From sequence record OR594181: 44,446 nt of DNA; one strand, written 5' to 3'. This document shows positions 36,678 through 44,446 of the stretch, piece after piece. How positions within the stretch are numbered: the stretch's first letter is position 1; every line of letters starts with the position of its first letter. Source of the stretch: Escherichia phage vB_EcoM_SHAK7704. Under the pieces are notes generated by a model that made no database searches, was not told where the DNA came from, and saw only the letters and a list, made by a program, of their open reading frames with translations. The translations under genes and the position numbers were made by a program.

Positions 36678-39625
36678 TGGCAATTGAGCGACAAGCAGTA
36701 CAAGGTCTGCCACAAGTGCAGGCCACTTCTCCTAATGTCATGACCTTTGCACCTCAACAAGTGGGAGGTGTGGAGGCTGGCGTGGCTTCTACCTCCGGTA
36801 GTAGATTTATCGAAGACCTTATTCGTGCAGCAAGCAGCGTGGCTGATGTTACCACTGGTATCCTTAATCAGAAGATTGAGGAAGATAAGGTTGTTCAGAT
36901 GGAACGGGCATATAACGGATTAATGCCTTCTGAGGATGCAACTCGTGGTGGCGCTCGTGCTAACATGCTTGTCAAAGCTCAACTGCTAGCTAATGATGAA
37001 GCAGCACGAATGAAAGACATGGCTACTCGTTTCCAAGGGACGGATGACGAGTGGACACAACTTATGGTTGACTCTCGTAATGAGATGCAGAATAAGCTGT
37101 TCCAGCAATACCCTGAGTTGCAAGGTGACAAAGATACTATGCGTATGGTCACTAATGTCTTCCAAGAACAGCAGCCTCAGATTTGGGCTACACGGACCCA
37201 GCATAAACTTGACCGTGAACAAGCAGACCGTGAGGATACCTTTGACGGGCGAGTGGCTTCTACTTGGGATTCTAATATTGACCCTGAAGCTTCTGGCTAT
37301 GCTTTACAGGAACGAATCCGCGAAGGTCTTACTCAAGGATTACTACCTGAACAGATGCACAAGAAGTTAGTCCAGCGAGCAATTTCACTTGCACAAGGCG
37401 GTGATGTTAGCATGGCTGAAGCCCTGAAGTATGTGAAGGACGATAATGGTGTTTCTGTTTATGCTAAGAATCCACAGCTTATCACAGCCATCACTAGTGG
37501 TAATGCAGTTTGGGCTAGGAATAATGTAGCTGATGTAACTCGTATGTCTTTCGAAGTTAAAGAATCATACCTTGCAGGTGATTTAACTGATGAAGAATTG
37601 TTGGAACGAGCACAGCACATTAATAATCTGACAGGTAACTATGTCTTCTCTAATCCAGAACTAGAGGCACTGATGCGCCAAAGGGCTAAGCAGAATGCAG
37701 AGCTAGGTGCAATGCAGGATATGCGACGTGAGCTTTACTCCGACCGCCTGACTGGCTTCCAAGGTAAGACTGATAAAGAGAAGAAGGCTTACATTGATGT
37801 TATCAAACAGGATAGCCAACTTTATGCAGACCAGCAAATCAAACAACGTGGCTTGGATCCTTACAGTCAAGAGGCTGAAGCTATTCGTGGTGCAGTGGAA
37901 GTGCAGCGTCTGCAATTCATGAACTCCAAAGGCTTAGTGGATGACACCTTTGAGTCTCGTATCAAAGCCATGGAATCTATGCTATCGCCTGAGCACTTTG
38001 CCAAGGGCGAACCACAGGAGTTGATGACTATTCGCCAGTTGTGGGAACAGTTGCCAGAAGAGAGCCGAGGTGTCTTTGGTGACACGGTTAATGGCTACAT
38101 GGATAACTACAACACTGCACTACAAATGGGAGAGACACCTTTGCAGGCTGCAAGGTTTGCGCGTGAAGCACAGCAGAAATTCTCTCGTACTGAGAAGGAA
38201 ACCAAGAAGTTCAACTCAGCTATTGGAGATGCGCTGGATGAGGTATCTGGTGCTGGCTGGTTTGATGGTAAAACCGAAGTGTCAGACTTAGGTAAAGCTA
38301 TTGCGGAAGAAGAGTTACGAGCTAAGGCCAATATGTTGTGGTCTAGCGGTATGCGTAACATGGATTCTATCAAGAAGGCTTTAATTACTTGGGGCAATAA
38401 ACGCTACACTCAATCAGAGGATGCAAAGACTTCCGGTGGCTATTTCATTAAAGGTGATTACACTTCTGCATCTGATATGCTTATGTCAGTTGGGAAAGGC
38501 GTAAACCCTACCGATGTACCTCTGGCGCTTGGTAGGTATGTAGAAACACAGATGCCAGAATTGAAGAAGGAGCTTCAAGAGTGGGAAACTAAAGATGATA
38601 TATACATTGATTACAATGAACAGAAAGGAACTTTTGTGATTCGTGCTGGTGCAGCAGGTCGCCCTCTTTCTGGAGTAATCCCTGTAACCTCTTTAGATAC
38701 TACTTCACTACTAGATTCTGCCTATCAGAAGAAAGTAGAGGAACGAGATAAAGGCGAGTATGTTCACCCGTATCGTACAGATATTGGTGCACAAGAGCCT
38801 ATGCCAGCTAAACCAACTGCCAAAGATATTGGTAAATTTGGACTAGCTAACTTCCTCATGTCTTCTGCTTTTGCTTCTGGTGAGAATCTACCTTCTAACT
38901 TCGAGATTAACTATCGAGGTAATATGCAACAATTCTATGACAAGCTAGCTATGGATGAGAATAAAGATAAAGTTGGCTTTAATAAGGCAACTGGAACCTT
39001 TACTCCATATAAAGACGCTCACGGTGAGTCTATCGGTTACGGTCATTTCTTAACGGAAGAAGAGAAGCGAAACGGGTATATTAAGATTGGCGATGAACTA
39101 GTTCCCTATCGAGGGTCTATGTCTCAGCTTACAGAGAGTAAGGCTCGCGCTCTTATGGAGCAAGATGCTAAGAAGCATGTGCCTCCTACTCGTGACTGGA
39201 AGATTCCGTTTGACCAGATGCATCCTGCACAGCAACGTGGCTTGATGGATTTAACCTACAATTTAGGTAAAGGTGGAATCCAGAACTCACCGCGTGCTCT
39301 TGCTGCATTCAAAGCTGGTAAGCTTACGGAAGGCTTTATCGAAATGCTGGGCACTGCATCAAGTGAAGGTAAGCGTATTCCTGGCCTACTGAAGCGACGC
39401 GCTGAGGCATACAATATGGCATCTGCTGGTGGTGTGCCTAAGATTACCGAAGTGGAGACTCGTGAAGATAGCTCCATGTGGGTTAGGTTTGGTGGACCTA
39501 TGCCAGCAGGTTCTGTCTCGGCATGGACTCATAAACGTATTGGCGCGGATGGTTGGTATCAGGTTTATGAGGCTGCACCTACCAAGTTAGCTAAAGGTTC
39601 TAAGGTAGGTAAAGTTAAGTTGTAG
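36677..39625 (+). CDS. Internal virion protein with C-terminal lysozyme-like domain
   Basis: 982 aa; C-terminal region has GESIGYGH in a T4-lysozyme-like context. Confidence 0.7.
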   Translation: MAIERQAVQGLPQVQATSPNVMTFAPQQVGGVEAGVASTSGSRFIEDLIRAASSVADVTTGILNQKIEEDKVVQMERAYNGLMPSEDATRGGARANMLVKAQLLANDEAARMKDMATRFQGTDDEWTQLMVDSRNEMQNKLFQQYPELQGDKDTMRMVTNVFQEQQPQIWATRTQHKLDREQADREDTFDGRVASTWDSNIDPEASGYALQERIREGLTQGLLPEQMHKKLVQRAISLAQGGDVSMAEALKYVKDDNGVSVYAKNPQLITAITSGNAVWARNNVADVTRMSFEVKESYLAGDLTDEELLERAQHINNLTGNYVFSNPELEALMRQRAKQNAELGAMQDMRRELYSDRLTGFQGKTDKEKKAYIDVIKQDSQLYADQQIKQRGLDPYSQEAEAIRGAVEVQRLQFMNSKGLVDDTFESRIKAMESMLSPEHFAKGEPQELMTIRQLWEQLPEESRGVFGDTVNGYMDNYNTALQMGETPLQAARFAREAQQKFSRTEKETKKFNSAIGDALDEVSGAGWFDGKTEVSDLGKAIAEEELRAKANMLWSSGMRNMDSIKKALITWGNKRYTQSEDAKTSGGYFIKGDYTSASDMLMSVGKGVNPTDVPLALGRYVETQMPELKKELQEWETKDDIYIDYNEQKGTFVIRAGAAGRPLSGVIPVTSLDTTSLLDSAYQKKVEERDKGEYVHPYRTDIGAQEPMPAKPTAKDIGKFGLANFLMSSAFASGENLPSNFEINYRGNMQQFYDKLAMDENKDKVGFNKATGTFTPYKDAHGESIGYGHFLTEEEKRNGYIKIGDELVPYRGSMSQLTESKARALMEQDAKKHVPPTRDWKIPFDQMHPAQQRGLMDLTYNLGKGGIQNSPRALAAFKAGKLTEGFIEMLGTASSEGKRIPGLLKRRAEAYNMASAGGVPKITEVETREDSSMWVRFGGPMPAGSVSAWTHKRIGADGWYQVYEAAPTKLAKGSKVGKVKL

Positions 39626-39638
39626 TACCTAACTCAAG

Positions 39639-39662
39639 GCTTGTCTCACATGTGAGACAGGT
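39639..39662 (+). terminator. Palindrome-family hairpin with T-rich tail (copy f)
   Basis: GGCTTGTCTCACATGTGAGACAGG followed by tctttat. Confidence 0.45.
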
Positions 39663-39689
39663 CTTTATGATAGGCACTATGGAGGAATT

Positions 39690-42600
39690 ATGGAACAAGA
39701 CATTAAGACTAATTGGGCTGGATATGTCCAGTCTACTCCTGAGCCGTTTTCTATTGAGGCGGCTCCGGTATCGGCTCCTACGATACGCCAGCGTAATGAG
39801 TTACAAGAGCAAGTTCTTGAAGCTAAAGCTGACGCTGATATTTTAGGTGCTGTAGGTGCTGCCTTCCAGAATGAGTGGTTGGCATTCGGAGGCAAGCGGT
39901 GGTATGACCGTGCCACTGCTGATTTCACACCTCAACCAGACTTTGAGATACAACCTGAGCAACGTGAAGCACTACGTTTCAAATATGGTACGGATATGAT
40001 GCAGACAATCACTGAGGGTGTTCGTTCTGAGGATGAATTGAACTTCCGTATTCAGAATGCTGATGAAGACCTTGAGCGCAATAAGCGCATTGCTCAGGCT
40101 GGCTGGGTTGGCTCTGTGGCGACGATTGGCGCTGCTGTGCTTGACCCTGTGGGATGGGTTGCCTCTATTCCAACCGGTGGTGCCGCTAAAGTTGGACTCG
40201 TAGGACGTGCTGTGCGTGGCGCTATCGCCGCTGGCGTGAGTAATGCCGCTATTGAATCCGTATTGGTCCAAGGTGACATGACTCGTGATTTAGATGACAT
40301 TATGGTAGCACTAGGTTCCGGTATGGCGATGGGTGGCGTTATTGGCGCTGTAGCGCGTGGTAGGGCCACTAAGCTCAGTGAGCAAGGGGATGACAGGGCT
40401 GCGAGCATTGTGCGCAGTGCAGACGCAGGGGACCGCTATGTGCGTGCTGTTGCTGATGATAGTATCGGTGCGATGCGTGTTAAGGGTGAAGAGGTACTCA
40501 CGGAGGGTGCATTTGATGTCTCTAGCAAAGGTGAAGATTTGCTGAAAACCCTACAGCGGGAAGGTAATGCAATTGATATGACCCCTCGCCGCTGGGCCGG
40601 AACTCTGTCTGCCCTTGGTACTGTCGTACATTCCTCTCAGGATGCAAGTGTACGCGGCCTTGGTGCTCGCCTGTTTGAGTCCCCCCAAGGCTTAGGTATG
40701 CAGAAGGCATCTGCTAGTCTCATGCAGAATACTAACTTGAACCGTCTGAAATCTGCTGATATGAATCGTTTCAACGATGGGTTCGATTTATGGCTCAAAG
40801 AGAATAATATCAACCCGGTTGCAGGTCATACTAACTCTCACTATGTGCAGCAATATAATGAGAAGGTATGGGAAGCTGTACGCATCGGTATGGACGAGTC
40901 TACGCCTAAGTCTATCCGTATGGCAGCAGAGGGGCAGCAAGCTATGTATCGTGAAGCATTAGCATTACGTCAACGCTCTGGTGAAGCTGGGTTTGAAAAG
41001 GTTAAAGCAGATGATAAGTACATGCCTGATATTTTTGACAGTATGAAGGCTCGTCGTCAATTCAGTATGCACGATAAAGAGGACATCATTGAGTTATTCT
41101 CTCGTGCATACCAGAATGGTTCTCGTAAGGTTCCAAAGGAAGTGGCTGATGATATTGCACGAGCACAAGTAAACCGCGTTGCTGATGCCACCTTGACCGG
41201 ACAGCTTAGCTTTGAAAAGGCTATGTCTGGTCAAACCAAAGCAGAATATGAAGCACTCATGCGCAAAGCAGGCTTTAGTGATGAAGAGATTGAAAAGATG
41301 GTAGAAGCTCTGGATAATAAAGAAACCAGAGATAATATCTCTAACCGAGCTAAGATGAGTTTAGGCTTAGATGTTACTCAAGAGTACAATGGTATTCGTA
41401 TGCGTGACTTTATGAACACTAACGTGGAAGAGTTAACAGATAACTACATGAAGGAAGCGGCAGGTGGTGCTGCCTTGGCTCGTCAAGGTTTCTCTACCTA
41501 TCAGGCTGCACTTAATGCAATTGATCTTGTAGAGCGAAATGCACGAAATGCAGCTAAAGATACAAAAGCACACGCACAATTTGAAGCGGAGTCGGCTAAG
41601 ATCCGTCAATCAGAGCCTGATTACAAGAAGGCACAAGAGAAGATTGAAGAGTTAAAGAAGCGACTTAAATTGAAAGAGAAAGATGAAGCAGCAGGTCTGG
41701 CTATTGATGAAGAAATCCGTCAGATGCGAGAGGGGCTTCGCTTGATTATGGGTAAATCTATCGATTCAAACCCACAAGATTTGTCTACTAAAATGCTGCG
41801 TCGTGGGCGTGACATTACAGGCGTACTTCGCTTAGGTCAGATGGGCTTCGCACAGCTAGGTGAACTTGCTAACTTCATGGGTGAGTTTGGTATTGCTGCC
41901 ACCACTATGGCTTTAGGTAAGCAATTCCGCTTCACCTCTAAGGCGTTGCGTAATGGCGATGGCTTCTTTCGAGATAAGAATTTAGCTGAGGTTGAGCGAA
42001 TGGTAGGTTACATTGGTGAAGACAACTGGCTAACAACTAAGGGTGCGCGTCCAGATGAGTTTGGTGATGTAACCACAGTGCGAGGTATGATGGCCCATTT
42101 TGACCAGTCCATGAACTCTATACGACGTGCTCAGACAAACCTATCCCTCTTCCGCATGGCACAGGGTTCTCTGGAGCGAATGACCAATAGGCAAATAGCT
42201 TTGTCTTTCATTGACCACCTTGAAGGCAAGAAGATTATCCCTCAGAAGAAACTGGAGGAACTTGGTCTTACTCAGGAGTTCATGACTAACCTACAGAAGC
42301 ACTATGATGCTAACTCTAAAGGTTCTGGCTTGCTTGGCTTTGATACAATGCCTTATGCCATGGGTGAAACTTTAGCTAATGCTATTCGTCGTAAGTCAGG
42401 TCTAATTATCCAACGTAACTTCATTGGTGATGAAGGTATCTGGATGAACAAAGCACTAGGTAAGACATTTGCACAGCTTAAGTCATTCTCTCTTGTATCT
42501 GGTGAGAAGCAATTTGGTCGAGGGATTCGACACGATAAAATTGGTCTTGCTAAGAAGACAGCTTACGGGTTTGCTTTGGGTTCAATAGTGTATGCGGCAA

Positions 42601-42998
42601 AAGCCTATGTGAACTCTATTGGGAGAGAAGACCAAGATGAATATTTGGAAGAGAAGTTATCGCCTAAAGGGTTGGCCTTTGGTGCAATGGGTATGATGAG
42701 TACAACTGCTGTATTTAGTCTAGGTGGAGATTTCTTAGGTGGCCTAGGTGTTCTACCTTCTGAGTTAGTACAATCCCGTTATGAGGCTGGCTTTCAGACT
42801 AAGGGTTTGATAGACCAAATACCACTAGTAGGTGTTGGTCAAGATGCATATCGTTTAGCAGATTCTATAACTAAATATGCAGAGGGTGATACAGAAGGTG
42901 TAGATGTGGCACGTAGGGCTTTACGCTTAGTGCCTCTAACTAATGTAATAGGAATCCAGAACGCATTGCGTTATGGCTTAGATGAACTGGAGGATTGA
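39690..42998 (+). CDS. Large internal virion (ejection) protein (gp16-like)
   Basis: 1102 aa; largest structural gene before the tail adaptor. Confidence 0.75.
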   Translation: MEQDIKTNWAGYVQSTPEPFSIEAAPVSAPTIRQRNELQEQVLEAKADADILGAVGAAFQNEWLAFGGKRWYDRATADFTPQPDFEIQPEQREALRFKYGTDMMQTITEGVRSEDELNFRIQNADEDLERNKRIAQAGWVGSVATIGAAVLDPVGWVASIPTGGAAKVGLVGRAVRGAIAAGVSNAAIESVLVQGDMTRDLDDIMVALGSGMAMGGVIGAVARGRATKLSEQGDDRAASIVRSADAGDRYVRAVADDSIGAMRVKGEEVLTEGAFDVSSKGEDLLKTLQREGNAIDMTPRRWAGTLSALGTVVHSSQDASVRGLGARLFESPQGLGMQKASASLMQNTNLNRLKSADMNRFNDGFDLWLKENNINPVAGHTNSHYVQQYNEKVWEAVRIGMDESTPKSIRMAAEGQQAMYREALALRQRSGEAGFEKVKADDKYMPDIFDSMKARRQFSMHDKEDIIELFSRAYQNGSRKVPKEVADDIARAQVNRVADATLTGQLSFEKAMSGQTKAEYEALMRKAGFSDEEIEKMVEALDNKETRDNISNRAKMSLGLDVTQEYNGIRMRDFMNTNVEELTDNYMKEAAGGAALARQGFSTYQAALNAIDLVERNARNAAKDTKAHAQFEAESAKIRQSEPDYKKAQEKIEELKKRLKLKEKDEAAGLAIDEEIRQMREGLRLIMGKSIDSNPQDLSTKMLRRGRDITGVLRLGQMGFAQLGELANFMGEFGIAATTMALGKQFRFTSKALRNGDGFFRDKNLAEVERMVGYIGEDNWLTTKGARPDEFGDVTTVRGMMAHFDQSMNSIRRAQTNLSLFRMAQGSLERMTNRQIALSFIDHLEGKKIIPQKKLEELGLTQEFMTNLQKHYDANSKGSGLLGFDTMPYAMGETLANAIRRKSGLIIQRNFIGDEGIWMNKALGKTFAQLKSFSLVSGEKQFGRGIRHDKIGLAKKTAYGFALGSIVYAAKAYVNSIGREDQDEYLEEKLSPKGLAFGAMGMMSTTAVFSLGGDFLGGLGVLPSELVQSRYEAGFQTKGLIDQIPLVGVGQDAYRLADSITKYAEGDTEGVDVARRALRLVPLTNVIGIQNALRYGLDELED

Positions 42999-43960
42999 TG
43001 AGTTATACTTTCACAGAACATATAGCCAACGGTACGCAAGTAACCTATCCCTTTAGATTTGCTGGCAGGGATAAAGGCTATCTTCGTGCCTCAGATGTGA
43101 TAGTGGAATCTCTTCAAGGTAACACTTGGATTGAGGTTACATCTGGCTGGCAATTAACTGGTACGCATCAAATCACTTTTGATGTAGCACCTGTTGCAGG
43201 TTTGAAGTTCCGTATTCGAAGGGAAGTACAAAAGGAGTATCCATACGCTGAGTTTGACCGTGGTGTTACCTTGGATATGAAGTCTTTAAATGGTTCTTTC
43301 ATTCATATACTGGAGATTACACAGGAGTTACTTGATGGGTTTTATCCAGAAGGATACTTCATTAAGCAGAATGTAAGCTGGGGCGGCAATAAGATTACTG
43401 ACCTAGCTGATGGTGAGAATCCAAAAGATGCAGTAAATAAATCACAGCTAGATGCTATCGACAAGAAGCATACTGATTGGAACTCTGCACAAGATATAGA
43501 GATTGCTGGTATTAAGAGAGGAATGGTGTCTGGTGTATCTCATCGCACTATTCCTTGGTATATGGTCGCCTCCGGTGGAGAGCAAATCATTCGACCACCT
43601 TACTCATTTGATGATGCTATGGTGTTTATAAACGGTGTATTCCAGCATGAACTAGCAGGTGCAGTATCAGTGGGGTATAATGTTATAACCCTGTCCGAGC
43701 CATTACAGGCTGGGGATGAAGTTTATGTGCTTATAGGTAGTCGCTTAACCCCACCTACAAGTGCGGATACTATCCTCTTTACACAAGCAGTGAGTGAAGG
43801 TACACAATCTATCGACATTGTAACGGCTTTCCAACGTCTTGATGTATACTTGGATGGCCTGTATCAACCTAATAATGCTTATGAAATCGTAGGGTCTACT
43901 ATCACTTTCAGTGAGCCATTACCTGAGTGTGTCGTAAGTATGAAGCTACAACTAGTGTAA
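42998..43960 (+). CDS. Tailspike adaptor protein (T7 gp17 N-terminal-domain-like)
   Basis: 320 aa; ATG 42998 overlapping the upstream TGA; position before holin as in SP6-like phages. Confidence 0.7.
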   Translation: MSYTFTEHIANGTQVTYPFRFAGRDKGYLRASDVIVESLQGNTWIEVTSGWQLTGTHQITFDVAPVAGLKFRIRREVQKEYPYAEFDRGVTLDMKSLNGSFIHILEITQELLDGFYPEGYFIKQNVSWGGNKITDLADGENPKDAVNKSQLDAIDKKHTDWNSAQDIEIAGIKRGMVSGVSHRTIPWYMVASGGEQIIRPPYSFDDAMVFINGVFQHELAGAVSVGYNVITLSEPLQAGDEVYVLIGSRLTPPTSADTILFTQAVSEGTQSIDIVTAFQRLDVYLDGLYQPNNAYEIVGSTITFSEPLPECVVSMKLQLV

Positions 43961-43969
43961 GGAGGTGAG

Positions 43970-44164
43970 ATGATTAACTCCGAACTGGTAGATAGTGGTG
44001 TGAAGCTTGCGCCACCTGCATTAGTCTCAGGTGGGTACTTCCTCGGTATCAGTTGGGATAATTGGGTGTTAATAGCAACATTCATTTATACCGTGTTGCA
44101 AATTGGAGACTGGTTTTATACCAAGATTAAACTATGGAGGAAGAATCGTGAGCGTCCACAATAA
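43970..44164 (+). CDS. Holin (T7 gp17.5-like, class II)
   Basis: 64 aa; WDNWVLIATFIYTVLQIG resembles T7 gp17.5 LNEWFYVAAIAYTVVQIG as recalled; AAGGAGG RBS. Confidence 0.75.
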   Translation: MINSELVDSGVKLAPPALVSGGYFLGISWDNWVLIATFIYTVLQIGDWFYTKIKLWRKNRERPQ

Positions 44165-44446
44165 ACATGCAGCTACAGAAGATGAGGTTGGCATCCTGCA
44201 TGGTGCTATTACCAAAATCTTTAATAAGAAAGCACAGGCAATACTGGACACTATAGAAGAAGACCCAGATGCAGCACTGCATTTAGTCTCTGGTAAAGAT
44301 ATTGGAGCTATGTGTAAGTGGGTTCTTGATAATGGTATTACCGCTACACCTGCTGCACAGCAGGAGGAGTCCAAGCTATCTAAGCGCCTCAAGGCTATCC
44401 GAGAGGCATCAAGTGGCAAGATTATTCAATTCACTAAGGAGGATTG
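44148..44446 (+). CDS. Terminase small subunit (3' end wraps to position 1)
   Basis: GTG 44148 with GGAGG 7 nt upstream; ORF runs to the window end; last two bases tg plus first base a make a TGA stop overlapping the terminase ATG. Confidence 0.65.
   Translation, partial: MSVHNKHAATEDEVGILHGAITKIFNKKAQAILDTIEEDPDAALHLVSGKDIGAMCKWVLDNGITATPAAQQEESKLSKRLKAIREASSGKIIQFTKED
44259..44276 (+). promoter_or_regulatory. Phage RNAP promoter variant CAATACTGGACACTATAG, intragenic
   Basis: Conserved -12 to +1 region; encodes ...LDTIEE... of the small terminase. Confidence 0.5.

Noticed and set aside
1-44446. Lysogeny module (integrase, repressor), tRNA genes, transposases
   Set aside because: Looked for recombinase or repressor-like ORFs and tRNA-like structure and found none, consistent with a strictly lytic T7-supergroup phage.

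Overview
The window reads as a complete, circularly permuted genome of a virulent SP6-like (K1E/K1-5 type) podophage of capsulated E. coli K1; every gene is on the + strand. The order is: large terminase (1-1896), three tandem paralogous small genes, endolysin and spanins, a short tailspike-like gene and an 811-aa endosialidase tailspike (4751-7186), then a non-coding region with two identical tandem 134-bp repeats (7398-7665) that I interpret as the joined right and left terminal repeats. After that come the early region (Ocr at 9862-10218, RNA polymerase at 11651-14278), replication genes (primase/helicase, DNA polymerase, exonuclease, endonuclease VII, ligase), and the structural block (portal through internal virion proteins, tailspike adaptor, holin). 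The last ORF (small terminase, 44148-44446) has its stop codon completed by the first base of the window, which supports the permutation. I found 13 phage-RNAP promoters in two sequence variants, three hairpin-plus-T-run terminators, a recurring 16-bp perfect palindrome at seven sites, a conserved 13-mer at five early intergenic sites, and an origin-like repeat region after the RNA polymerase gene. No integrase, repressor, tRNA or CRISPR array was seen. All identifications rest on remembered motifs and gene order, not database searches; many short-ORF starts are uncertain.
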